From Macrostomum hystrix (lineage: Eukaryota; Animalia; Platyhelminthes): a stretch of DNA of 64,000 bases. The stretch is taken from the NCBI GenBank assembly GCA_950097015.1, contig CATNEN010000001.1, positions 23,994,001-24,058,000 of the forward strand, in the 5' to 3' direction. Below the pieces are notes generated by a model. It worked only from the letters and a program-made list of their open reading frames with translations. It was not told where the DNA came from and did not search any database. Each line of letters starts with the position of its first letter. Position 1 is the stretch's first letter. The position numbers and the translations under genes are program-made. Shown here one piece after another: positions 52,057-64,000 of the stretch.

Positions 52057-53022
52057 GGGAAGATGGGAGAAGGGGAGAGGAACATGGGAAGGGAGAAGGT
52101 GAGAGGAACTAGGGATGGAAGAAGGGGAGAGGAGCTTGAGATGGGAGAATGGGAGAAGGGGAGAGGAACTAGCGATGGCAGAAGGGGTGAGGATCTAAGG
52201 ATGGGAGAAGGGGAGAGGATCTAAGAATGGGAGAAGGGGAGAGGATCTAAGGATGGGAGAAGAAGAGAGGAACATGGGATGGGAGAAGGTGAGAGGAACT
52301 AGGGATGGAAGAAGGGGAGAGGAGCTTGATATGGGAGAAGGGGAGAGGATCTAAGAATGGGAGAAGGGGAGAGGATCTAAGAATGGGAGAAGGGGAGAGG
52401 AGCTTGAGATGGGAGAAGGGGAGAGGATCTAAGAATGGGAGAAGGGGAGAGGATCTAAGGATGGGAGAAGAAGAGAGGAACTAGGGATGGAAGAAGGGGA
52501 GAGGAGCTTGAGATGGGAGAAGGGGAGAGGAGCTTGAGATGGGAGAAGGGGAGAGGATCTAAGAATGGGAGAAGGGGAGAGGAGCTTGAGATGGGAGAAT
52601 GGGAGAGGATCTAAGAATGGGAGAAGGGGAGAGGATCTAAGGATGGGAGAAGAAGAGAGGAACATGGGATGGGAGAAGGTGAGAGGAACTAGGGATGGAA
52701 GAAGGGGAGAGGAGCTTGACATGGGAGAAGGGGAGAGGATCTAAGAATGGGAGAAGGGGAGAGGATCTAAGGATGGGAGAAGAAGAGAGGAACATGGGAT
52801 GGGAGAAGGTGAGAGTAACTAGGGATGGAAGAAGGGGAGAGGAGCTTGAGATGGGAGAAGGGGAGAGGATCTAAGGATGGGAGAAGAAGAGAGGAACTAG
52901 GGATGGAAGAAGGGGAGAGGAGCTTGAGATGGGAGAAGGGGAGAGGAACTAGCGATGGCAGAAGGGGTGAGGATCTAAGGATGGGAGAAGGGGAGAGGAT
53001 CTAAGAATGGGAGAAAGGGAGA
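52057..53022. repeat. Purine-rich minisatellite (atgggagaaggggagaggatctaag..)n
   Basis: Degenerate tandem units. Confidence 0.9.
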
Positions 53023-54066
53023 GTAAAAGCAAGGACAACTAGTAGTTAGCTAGTAGTCCTTACCTAGCAGTCTACTTTATTAGTATTTGGGGAGAAGGGG
53101 GGAGGAATTAAAGATGCATGGGAGAAGGAGAGACAAACGTGTGGGAGAAGAGGAGAGGTATCTAAAAACCGCCCGTTTGAAGAGAAAGGATTGTATAAAT
53201 GGAAGATTAGAATATTTAAACCCCCAGCCTGCTTAGTGCACGACCCCGAATTTTTCACAAAAGAAGGCAAAATATTGCTAAAAAATACTTTACTACTCGC
53301 AATAGTAGCATGTTGCTGCAAATTTACAAGAGTTTAAAACTTTTAGCAAAACAAAATTAGCAAAAAAAATAAAAAAATCAACCAGATCAGAAGAATGTGC
53401 TCTGTTCAAACTTCTATCTAAAAAACTGCAAAAAACGAAGAACAAGCTATTACTCGAAACTTGATACTGGGGCACTGTAACAGTGTTACAGTAGGGCAAA
53501 CAAATTGTCACAGAACTTGTCTTAATTCCTCTTCAAAATAAAACGCATAGCCTAAGATCAGCCCAGCTATTTTGCCGGGGTTAGGGCAGGGGGTTGTCGT
53601 ATTCGTACATTAACTTTGGGTCGACGGCGCTGGAATGAAAAATTAGACTTTCTACTCTTGTCTTGTCCTGCTAGGGGCATGTACATTCTATAAATCAATG
53701 TACATTGCCGACCAACCCAACCCCCACCCCACTCCAGACAGAGAAGGTTCCTAGTAGTGCACGTTTCTTATTGATAAGTGAATTTTCGTTTTCCAGCTTT
53801 GCAGTTTTAAAGTCATTTATAATTGCTTGCTTGTGTATTTGAATCTTTTATTATAATAAGGATTTTAATATAGCTTTTCTTGAAATACGAGTAAAAATCC
53901 AGAATAAGTTGTTACAGTTACAGTTGTTACATAAGCCTAAGGTAAGATTTGAAGATTTGAATACTTTAAAACCGATTAACATTCAAATCCTTATTACTTT
54001 CATTTGAAGAAGTATATAATTCGAATGCCAATTTTTTTAATGTCAAGCATTTCTAGTCTCGTCGCC

Positions 54067-55703
54067 ATGGCAACAGCTCAGGACGTCGACGCCGCTTGTC
54101 CGATCTGCCTGGGCCAAATCCGGCACCCAGTGATAAGTCGCTGCTGTAGGCAGAGATTTTGCGAGTCCTGCGTCAGAGGTGTGCGCTCTGGAGAGGACGG
54201 ACGGCTGCGGTGAGTTTCTTGCGCTTCAAACTTAACCACATTTAATTCGAATCTAATCCTTGGTTTCGAAATATTGATCTCCAATCACACTCTCCAGGTG
54301 CCCATTCTGCCGCAATGAGAATTGCGCATTCGATAAAGTCGCAGCCCCTGCGCCATGGCCGCAGCCGCGCCACCGTCAGCACCGCTGCCAGGCTCCCGGT
54401 TGCCGATTCGCCGGCGAGGATGACGACTTCCTGGCCCACCTGGCGTCAAGTCACAGACGTCAGCTGCTTGAGAACCATCACTTGCTGTTTCCAAGGCCGC
54501 CAAATCACCTGCTGCCGCAGGAGTCAGCTGAGGATCAGCTGCGCGAACATCAGCGGCAGCGAGAGTTGCGCCGGCAGCAGCGCCAGCAGCGGCAGCAGCA
54601 GCAGCAGCAGCGGCAGCAGCAGCAGCAGCAGCGGCACCAAGAGGCGGGCAACAGAGTGCAGCTGCTGGCTGACAATGGTAAAACCTACTGTGGTGGATTG
54701 CTGAATGGCCCGCCATGTGGCTGCTGCAACGGCATCTGCGGACCACTGGTTCGGCTTACCTGACAATTTGAGCTGTTTTCTCTCCTCTCCTCCCCTTCCT
54801 CTCCTCTCCTCCCCTTCCTCTCCTCTCCTCCCCTTCCTCTCCTCTCCTCCCCTTCCTCTCCTCTCCTCCCCTTCCTCTCCTCTCCTCCCCTTCCTCTCCT
54901 CTCCTCCCCTTCCTCTCCTCTCCCCCTTTCCTCTTCTCCCTCCCTTTCCTCTTCTTCCTCCTTTTCCTCTCCTACCCTTTCCTCTCCTCTCCTACCCTTT
55001 CCTCTCCTCTCCCCCTTTCCTCTTCTCCCTCCCTTTCCTCCTCTTCCTCCCTTTCCTCTCCTACCCTTTCCTCTCCTCTCCTACCCTTTCCACTCCTCTC
55101 CTACCCTTTCCACTCCTCTCCTACCCTTTCCTCTCCTCTCCTACCCTTTCCTGTCCTCTCCTCCCCTTTCCTCTCCCCTCTCCCCTTCCTCTTCTCTCCC
55201 CCCTTTCCTCTTATTCCTCCCTTTCCTCTTCTTCCTCCCTCTCCTCTCCTACCTTTTCCTGTCCTCTCCTCCCCTTTCCTCTCCCCTCTCCCCTTCCTCT
55301 TCTCTCCCCCTTTCCTCTTCTCCCTCCCTTTCCTCTCCTACAATTTCCTCTCCTCCCCTTTCCTCTCCTCTTCTATCCTTTCCTCTCCTCTCCTCTGCTC
55401 TCCTATCCTATCCTCTCCGTCTACTCCCCTGTCCATTGCCCGCAGAGCGGGTGCAACTGCGTCAACTGCATGATCATCGACCTGGCGAACTACAGCGTCA
55501 CTCACAGCAACACTCTGGTGAACAAATTCGGCCGCGTTGCCTCGCGCAGCTCGGAGACCGGCCGCTTCTACTGCCTCGGCATCATCGATGTGGACGAAAT
55601 CCGCGACGTCATTGAGTACTGCGGACCGGTCGATGGCCCCAACTGCGAAGCTTGCTGTTGCTTGGACGAGCAGAGCTCAGGCCGTTATGCCAGCCTCATG
55701 TGA
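54067..55703 (+). CDS. RING-finger protein (about 283 aa): RING, C2H2 (SIAH/TRAF-like) finger, Q/R-rich coil, two Cys-rich YC..CGP..G.NC..C modules; putative E3 ligase
   Basis: Exons 54067-54209, 54298-54748 and 55446-55703, GT-AG, phases 2 and 0, 852 nt open. CPIC..CCRQRFCESC..RCPFCR; CQAPGC..FLAHLASSH. Confidence 0.82.
54778..55430. repeat. CT-rich low-complexity tract in intron 2 of the RING gene
   Basis: Almost pure pyrimidine. Confidence 0.9.
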
Positions 55704-55888
55704 GCACAGCTCATGCCGTTATGCCAGCCTCATGTGAGCACAGCTCAGGCCGTTGTGGCAGCCTCATGTGAGCACTGCTCAGGCCGTTATGCCAGCCTCA
55801 TGTGAGCACTGCTCAGGCCGTTATGCCAGCCTCATGTGAGCACTGCTCATGCCGTTATGCCAGCCTCATGTGAGCACTGCTCATGCCG
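55668..55888 (+). repeat. 34-bp tandem repeat overlapping the RING gene stop codon
   Basis: About 6.5 copies of gctcaggccgttatgccagcctcatgtgagcac(a/t). Confidence 0.9.
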
Positions 55889-55947
55889 GGCTTGCTTCTT
55901 GTGCATTGATAGTCACACAATTATTATTATTTTAGGTCAGATATCTT

Positions 55948-56178
55948 TGATTCCCTCATCCCTTATCCCTGATCCTCTCTTAATTATCCCAAATTCCCTC
56001 ATCCCTTATCCCTTATCCCTGATTCCCTCTCCCTCATCCCTGATTCCCTCATCCCTTATCCCTTATCCCTGATTCCCTCTCCCTCATCCCTCATCCCTGA
56101 TTCTCTCTCCCTCATCCCTCATCCCTGATTCCCTCATCCCTTATCCCTGATTCCCTCTCCCTCATCCCTTATCCCATC
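55948..56178. repeat. (ccctcat/cccttat) short-period repeat
   Basis: Visible reiteration. Confidence 0.8.
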
Positions 56179-57034
56179 CATTAACAAAGTATTATTCTGG
56201 AAAATGATTAGTCCGGTATCTGAATGCTTTTCTCAGTTTTATGTACAACGAGTACTACTCAAAAGTCTCTATTGCTAGTAGTAAAGTTAGTAAAGGTTCT
56301 CCATAATTGTGTATTGTTGCCATTCGTTATTTTACCGACTCTTCTCATGTTAGCATAAAAATTTTTAAAAAATAAAACTAAACAGCGATTGTGTTTCGTT
56401 ATGTTGATAAATATGTAAAGAATATTTGAAACGAGTGCCTACAAATCTCAGGTGTCTTCATGACTAACAGCTCGCAATAATTTGCGATCTGTACTGCAAC
56501 TTCTATCCCCAGTCCCTACCAATGCCCTGCTAGGTGTACGAGTAATCTCTGCGAAAGAAAGCGGCCGTGCCACCTCAGAACTTGGAACACGGCGAAGTTA
56601 TTCTTTCGCTTCCATAGTAGATTAGGCAAGTTCGTCTTGACCGGCCCCTACAACTAAGAGATAAGTGTTCCGGCTAATTATGCACTGCCCAGGTCCTTCC
56701 CATCACCAATGCCCTCCATCATTAGGGGAAGCTGGGTGATAAAGTATGGAGAGGCCGTATAAGGTAATAGAATAACTTCACACCAGGACACGACCGAGAG
56801 ACAGAATTACAACTTCAGCGGGCCTCGGTATCTCCTGGCTGAAATCTTGCAGCTGGGAAGTGCCTGATTATTTTGTTTGTTAAAAAACTGCCCTCTGTTA
56901 GCAAAAAAGACTAGGAGGTCTCCAGGTGAATATTACTTGAAAGCTGCAACTTCACACAGAGTGCTAAACAGCAGCACAAGTGGGAAGGCAAAGTCTCATT
57001 TAAACTGGGCTGTTAGCGCGGTACACTAATTTAT

Positions 57035-58300
57035 TCACGGTCTCTCAAGAGGCCACAAATATCGCAACTCTCTGTTGACATTGGATACCGCAGCTCCGGC
57101 GGTTGTCGTTCTAGCTGATATCGACGGTGATGAAGTCACCCCGCAGAGCCGCATGTGCTGCTGCTGCTGCTGCTGCTGCTGAGTCGGCGAATAGGGCGGC
57201 GGTGGCAGCAGAAAGATCGGGGACAGCTCGCTGCCAGGTGTGAGGGTGGTGGAGCAGACAGTCGGGCTAAACCGCTGCCATCGAGGCGAATCGCAAAGGT
57301 GACACGGCCGCTGCTGCTGCTGCTGCTGCTTTTGCTGGTTTCCGGAGCAGCAGTATTGCGCAGAAAGTGAAGTGGGACATCTGTCAGGGGATCTGGATGG
57401 GATCAAGATGGGATCAAGGTTTTCGATGCTGATTTGGGGACAGAAATCCGACTAAAATAACAAAGTAGCAACACACCGTGGCAGATGCTGCTGCTGCAGC
57501 TGCTGCATCAGTGGCGTACTCGGATAAGACCTGATCTGATCCTGATAGAAGACGGCGGCTGCAGCTGAGCAGGACGGCCCGACAGGCGTCTGAGCCGAGA
57601 CCGCAGCCGCCCCGACGGCATCCTCGTTGCCGTGTCGAACGCAGCTTCCAGACGCTGACGATGAGCTCCGCGATCGTGTATAGCGCCGCCTGAGCCGCAG
57701 GGCGTAGCACGCAGCGCAGAGGACCAGAGCGAAGGAGACGAATGAGGCCGCGCAGACACCGAGCACCAGACGCCTCCACGCAGGTCGCAGGAACTCAGCG
57801 AACGACATCGTGTCACCGATTCTGTCGCCGACGGGTTTTACCATTCCCATTGTTGATGCCGTGATTGTTACTTCAGTCGGTGTTGAAAACAAGACGCCGA
57901 TGCCGTCGCGTCGTTGGGGTGGTCGGCGATTTTCCGGCAACGTTGAACTTGTCGAAGGCGGCATTTTCAGGCGTACGGTAGCGCTGACGACCTGGTTCTC
58001 TGATCTATTCCGACTGTGAAGATTCACGGAGCATGTGTACAGTCCGATCATTTCGGGCCGCATGTGAGCAAGGCTGAGACCAATCACATTGTAATGATTT
58101 CGCTCCATGAGGTGCCTCAGTGACAGCTGCGGTGGCGGCTGCCGCGGTTGCATCTGGTTTTCCGGGAGGTCGTCTAGACGGCTTTCACTGCAAATTGTCA
58201 TTGTGGGCAATGATTGATGCAATCTATTTGGTTCCAACCCGCCCCAACACCGCTAAGTCTACATATGAGGTCCCCGATTCTCCCAGGCTGCCAGCTTGGC
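57035..58300 (-). CDS. 3' exons of an Ig-domain single-pass membrane protein with a cytoplasmic PPPPY motif
   Basis: Ig E-F strand pattern LSLAHMRPEMIGLYTCSV; TM segment LVLGVCAASFVSFALVLCAACYAL then RLRRR. Phase-2 intron 57476-57381 joins the last exon (RCPTS...LPPPPYSP...). 5' exon boundaries are unresolved. Confidence 0.65.
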
Positions 58301-58639
58301 CTTAAAGATTCAGTCAGCGATGATTCAGCAGCAATTTGAAGCGAATCTGCGCATTGCAAAAGAGTCAAATGATTAATTACGGCCTTCTGCGGAGCTAATC
58401 ATTCACTCTCAGGCACTGGCAAAGCCTCGGCAAAACAAGTAAGTGTTTTGCTTTCCAAACTTCCAAATAGCACACTGGCTTGAACAATGTGCACAATCTG
58501 TGTTAGCTCAGCCTAACCTGCTGGCCTGATAGAGTCTGCCGCAGCCTTTGTCGGCTCAATGATTGATGCTCAGACTGCTGAAACATTCTTGAGCCTAACT
58601 GTCTGCTTTTCCTGTCCTTATATCCATTGTGTCTTTCAA

Positions 58640-58940
58640 TTGTGTCTGTCTGTTCTGTCTGTCTGTTCTGTCTGTCTGTTCTGTCTGTCTGTTCTGTCTG
58701 TCTGTTCTGTCTGTCTGTTCTGTCTGTCTGTTCTGTCTGTCTGTTCTGTCTGTCTGTTCTGTCTGTCTGTTCTGTCTGTCTGTTCTGTCTGTCTGTTCTG
58801 TCTGTCTGTTCTGTCTGTCTGTTCTGTCTGTTCTGTCTGTCTGTTCTGTCTGTCTGTTCTGTCTGTCTGTCTGTTCTGTCTGTTCTGTCTGTTCTGTCTG
58901 TCTGTCTGTTCTGTCTGTCTGTCTGCCTGTTCTGTCTGTT
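58640..58940. repeat. (ctgt)n / (ctgtt) microsatellite
   Basis: Direct periodicity. Confidence 0.95.
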
Positions 58941-59201
58941 ATTCCATCCCGTTATTTATAAATGCTTGCTAGATTTACTGAATCGAATTTTCGCGAGACG
59001 ACAGCACTGTCTTCTTTTACAAACAAGTGTGGATTTTCCCCAGAAATTAACATCAAATTGCTACTTGCAGAACCGTTTAATGCCAAACTGATGCAAAAAT
59101 GATCTAAATGCACGCAGCAAATATATTGTTTATTGCGCAGTAACCACGACAGCAAGAGATTAGTCAACAGAGTTGGTGAGAGAGAAGACGAGAGAGAAGG
59201 C

Positions 59202-62200
59202 TGTTGTGAATGGCCTATGTGCACATCTGCTCATAGTGTACCCATATAATCGATGTACATGTGACGTTCCAGAATATATAAACACGGCTCTCGCTACGCG
59301 AGAGAGCACCCTCTCCTTTGGTTAACTTGACTCAGCCTCGTCTCGCTTATTTGGCTAGCGGCCACAACACTGGCATCGCAAGCAGGGGTTAGAGCAAACC
59401 CCCCCCAAACCAGCGCAGTCCAGCCAATCAACTCACGGCAGCCAGGTCCACTAAGCGACTTTCGCACTCACACGGCACTCACAACTGCAAGCCAGCCAGT
59501 TTGAGCCAATCGAAATGGGTAGCACTGAGAACGCCACAGCGCCAGCACTACGCCTGAACCTCAGAGAACCCCCCACCATTTCTGGACAACCCAGGAACAC
59601 CTGCAGTTTCGTGGGAAATCTGGGCCGCTGAGTTTGACACCTGCCTGCTAGCATCCGGAATCGACAGCCTGCAAGAAGCCAGGAAGATTGTGCTGCTCAC
59701 CCACTGCCTTGGGCGCGAAGGAGTACGAATCTACCGGACTCTCTCGGATGATCAGGAAACGGCTCCGACAACACTAGCAGCGGCATGCGATCTCCTGAAG
59801 CAGCACTTCCAGCCAGCAGTGAGCGTGTATGCCAAGAGGCACGAATTCCGGAAGTGCGTCCAGCGAAGCGCCGAAGGCGTGCAAGCCTTCGTGGCAAATC
59901 TGCGCCATGCCGCCAAGGACTGCCAGTTCGGAGTCCTCCATGACGACCTCATCCTGGACCAGCTGATCTTTGGCACCTCGTCCTCAAAGGTGCGCGAAAG
60001 ATTTCTACTTGAGAAGGAGCTCACGCTGGGCGGGGCAATCCAAATTGCAGCCCAGGTGGAAATGGCTGCCCAGAGTGAGAAGTCGCTGACTGGCAAGACA
60101 GCAGCCGACGACAGCATCAAGAAGATCAACTTTAAGAGAGCTTCTTATGACGCCAAGCAGCGCCAGACGGGTCCAGCAGAACCAGTTCTGCTGCTCGCAC
60201 TGCGGCCAGCGAGGCCACCGCACAGGCAGTGATCCACGCTGTGCGGCACGAGGGAAGGCGTGCACGAAGTGCGGGAGGTTCAACCACTTCGCGAAGGTGT
60301 GCAAGAGCAGCACGACGGCACCGACCTCAGGCCACAAGAAGATTCAAGGCGTCGAGATAGACAGCTCCAAACAGCAGAGTATCTTCGCTGTCGAGTCGAG
60401 CCACAAAGGCCAATACAAGAGGGCCAGCATAAGAATCAACGGTCACAGCATCCCGTTACTGGTGGACACAGCCGCCAAAGTCTCCATCCTCAGCGTGGAG
60501 ACGAGCCGCAAAATCTTCGGATCTAAAATCCCTCTGCGCCCGTGAGAGAAGAAGCTGCTTCTCTACAACGGCTCCAGCATCAGCGTCGCCGGTGAGATCG
60601 ATGCCAGGGTCGAGTTCGACGGCGTTCAGCTTCCGTTGTTCACCTTCACAATTGTGATGGACGGCGACGACCTGATGGGCATCGACCTGGTGAACAAACT
60701 CGACTGCAAGGTCCTCGGACCTTCCGGCCATCAAATCTTCACTATTAGCTCGGGTACCGAGGCTTCAGGTATGCCACCTATGCCAGATTGGATTCCTGCC
60801 AAGTACCACACTTTAGGCACCGGTCTCGGCGAGATCAAGGGCTTCTGCCACCGCCCAGGGTGGACCAGACCGTGCCGCCAGTAGCCCAGCGGATGCGCCG
60901 GCTGCCGCTCGCTCTTCGCCAAGAGTGTGCTGCGGAGATCCAGCGCTGGAAGGAAGAAGGCATCATCGAGCGAGCTGACGGCGACGTTCCTGATTGGCAA
61001 TCGAATGTCACCTGCGCCAGGAAGTCTGACGGGAAGCTTCGCCTCTGCGTCGATCTGCGCAGCGTCAACAAGGCGATTGTCCCAGACTCGATGTCACTGC
61101 CAACATTCGCCGACCTAGTTACCGAGTTTGCCAACTCCAAGTTGTTCTCGCGGATTGATCTCAACCAGTCGTACCTGCAACTGCCGCTGCACGAAGACGC
61201 CAAGAACCTGACCTGCTTCCACACAGAATCCGGCCTATACCGATTCAAGCGAATGCCGTTCGGAATCAGCTCAGCTCCGGCGGCCTTCCAGAAGGTCGTC
61301 GGCAAGATCCTGGAAGGCATCGACGGCGTCATGCACTATCAAGATGACATCGCGGTGCACGCGGCAACGGAAGCCGAGCATGACAAACGCCTTCTCCGAG
61401 TCCTGGACAAGCTGCTGCAGCACCGAGTCACCATCAACCTCAAGAAGTGCGTTTTCAAGGTTCCGGAGATCGAGTTCGTCGGACATCGGATCAGCGCCGC
61501 TGGCATCCAGCCGCTTCAGTCCCACGCTGAGTCAGTAGAGCAACTCAAGGCACCGACGAACGCGTCGGAGCTCGCTTCCTTCCTCGGCTTCGCAAAGTTT
61601 CTCCAGTTCTACACCAAGAACCTGTCGCATGTCGCCGAGCCGCTGACAGCACTCCTGCGCAAGGATGTGCCCTGGAACTGGGACAAGAAGTGCGAGGCAG
61701 CCTTCAGTGAGGTCAAGCGGCTCATCTCATCCGCGCCGTGCCTAAAATTCTTCGATCAGAGCCACGAAACAGTCGTCTCGTGTGACAGCAGCGACGTCGC
61801 CCTGGGCGCTACTCTGGGCCAAATTGACGAGCGTGGACAACTTCGTCCAGTCGCCTTCGCCTCACGCGCTCTGTCCGACACCGAGCGCCGTTACTCCGCG
61901 ACGGAGAAGGAGGCCCTGGCCTGCGTCTGGAGCTGCGAGCACTGGCAACTTCTGCTGTACGGCCGGAAGTTCAAGCTGCTGACCGACCACCAGGCTCTGA
62001 CCACCCTGCTATCAGCACGCGGAGGCGGCCAGCGGCCTCTTCGACTTCAACGCTGGTGTGAGCGACTCTTCGTCTACGATTTCGACATCGAGTATGTTCC
62101 TGGTAAGCTAAACGTGCAACCTGACTTTCTGTCCCGCTACGGCTACGATCGTAAAAAGATCGGCCAAGAATCGATTGATCAACGTCAACCTGAGTCAGAC

Positions 62201-63119
62201 ATCAACCTAGTGCTTGCCAGGAGCTCCGAGCCTATTTCAGTTGCTCAGCTCGCCGAGGCCACAGCTAGCGATGACCAACTGCAGCGAGTCGTTCAGTTCG
62301 TGCTCAACGGATGGCCCAACGAGACTCCTAGCGACCTGAAGGGTTTCCATCAGTTGCAGCACGAGCTCTGCCTGTGGAACGACGGGCGCTGTCTGGCGAG
62401 AGGCAGCCGAGCGGTCATCCCAGCCTCACTCCGCGACCTGGTGTTGACGGAGGCGCATCAAGGGCATGTCGGCGTGGCGAAGGTCAAGGCGCGATGCCGC
62501 GAAACTGTTTGGTGGCCGCGCATTGACAGCGACGTGGAGACATTCGTGAGGAACTGCAGTGCCTGCATTCTGTCGGAGAAGGCGTTCAAGCCGATCAAAG
62601 TGCCCTGGTCAACCACGGAACTTCCAGCCGGCCCGTGGAGACAGCTCCAAGTCGACATCGTCGGAGAGCTCCCGGCAACCGAAGCGTCAAATTCGCACAG
62701 ATTCCTCATCGTTGTCCACGACCTCTACTCCAAGTGGCCCGAGATCATCGCGTCTTCATCGGTAACCTCTACTGCCTGCGTCGAGGCCCTTCGCAGCCTG
62801 TTCGTCCGCTGGGGCCTGCCAGACGAGATCACAACTGACAACGGGCCACAATTCGTATCGAGCGAGTTCACGGACTTCCTCAGCTCACTTGGCATCAAGC
62901 ACCGCCGGACTCCATTCTATTGTCCGCAGCAGAACGGCGGAGTCGAAAGGTTCAACGGCTTCATCAAGTCTTCTCTACGAGCCCTGCTGGCCGACGGCGT
63001 GGCCATGAAGCAAGCTGTGCAGGAACTCCTGCTAGCGTATCGATCGGCAGAACACGCGCTGACCAAGAAGACCCCGGCTGAGCTGATGCTAGGGCGGAAG
63101 CTTCGCCTGCATCTTGACC
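59202..63119 (+). mobile_element. Ty3/Gypsy LTR retrotransposon, Mag-like, with frameshifts and a 3' truncation
   Basis: 5' LTR 59202-59369 (TGTTGTG...CACAACA). PBS TGGCATCGCAAGCAGG at 59371 resembles tRNA-Ser-type sites. gag ATG at about 59515; two CCHC knuckles; protease LVDTAA; RT YQDD; RNase H; integrase HHCC + DDE. No 3' LTR. Confidence 0.93.
59515..63119 (+). pseudogene. gag-pol of the Gypsy element, broken by about four frameshifts
   Basis: ORF pieces 59690-60232 (Gag), 60147-60545 (knuckles/PR), 60636-60884 and 60788-63415 (RT-RH-IN) lie in shifting frames. Confidence 0.8.
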
Positions 63120-63517
63120 GGCGAGAGAGTAGGCGAGAGAGTAGGCGAGAGATTTGGCGAGAGAGTAGGCGAGAGAGTAGGCGAGAGATTTGGAGAGAGA
63201 GTGGGCGAGAGAGTAGGCGAGAGAGTAGGCGAGAGAGTAGGCGAGAGAGTAGGCGAGAGAGTAGGCGAGAGAGTAGGCGAGAGATTTGGAGAGAGAGTAG
63301 GCGAGAGATTTGGAGAGAGAGTGGGCTAGAGAGTAGGTTTTTTCTGAGATCAAGAGAATTCCAAGAATATATGAATGCAGTCATGGATCTAAGAGAGAAT
63401 TCCAAGAATATATGAATGCAGTCATGGATCTAAGAGAGAATTCCAAGAATATATGAATGCAGTCATGGATCTAAGAGAGAATTCCAAGAATATATGAATG
63501 CAGTCATGGATCTAAGA
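63119..63517. repeat. 12-bp (ggcgagagagta)n array followed by a 41-bp tandem repeat (about 4 copies)
   Basis: Arrays at 63119-63336 and about 63352-63517. Confidence 0.92.
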
Positions 63518-64000
63518 AAGTTTCGCATGACTTTAAAAGCGCATTTCTGGCCATGCGGCGAGTCCACAATGACCAGCGGATTTTAGAGAACGCTGGCCAT
63601 GTCCGTTGTGGTCGATTGCATTGGAGTTTATTTCCGTTTCAGTAAGTAAACATGCTGCATGGCTAGAGGCAGGCTGGTCCGGAACAGCACTGCAGGTGGG
63701 TTTGAGGGTTGTTGAAATGGAACTGCTGCTGCTGCTGCTGCTGTGGCTTCTGCTGCTGCAGAAATCTCTGCGATCATCAATATTAGAACTATGGTTTTTA
63801 AACAGCTGGTACTACAGGTAAACTAATGCAAAGCCACCGGCGCATAGATTGGGATTTTAGTGGGTAAGAAAGATTTCTTGTGTGCCGCGGGTTTTCCAGC
63901 CTGTCAAGGAATTTCTGGGGATAATAATCCTCCCAATCCGGGGGGTCATTGTTTGTTTACGCTTCAATTTTTGGGATTTTCAAGATTCTTTGGGTATTTC

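Noticed and set aside
63606-63821. CAG-rich segment that might be an upstream exon of the Ig gene
   Set aside because: Could not establish frame, strand or splice sites.

Overview
This is eukaryotic (animal) genomic DNA with spliceosomal introns, poly-Q-rich proteins and very dense minisatellite arrays. The style resembles a free-living flatworm such as Macrostomum, but that is inference only. Most long ORFs in the track are translations of tandem repeats, not genes. Manual splicing of the minus strand gives the main result: a head-to-tail cluster of three divergent Rel/NF-kB-like genes. Two are complete 7-exon genes (about 391 and 398 aa; RHD + IPT + NLS-like motif, no ankyrin repeats), and the third shows only its first coding exon. 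Their DNA-recognition loop (HRFRYETE / HRFRYEKE / HRFRYDP) mixes NF-kB and NFAT features and lacks the redox cysteine. Other genes are a complete Abl tyrosine kinase, an Sp6-9/buttonhead-type zinc-finger gene, a 3-exon RING + C2H2 + Cys-rich protein and the 3' part of an Ig-domain membrane protein. Mobile elements are a Mag-like Ty3/Gypsy element cut off by repeats, a 4.1-kb non-autonomous foldback DNA transposon nested in a minisatellite, mariner-type and 8-bp-TSD MITEs, and tRNA-derived SINEs.
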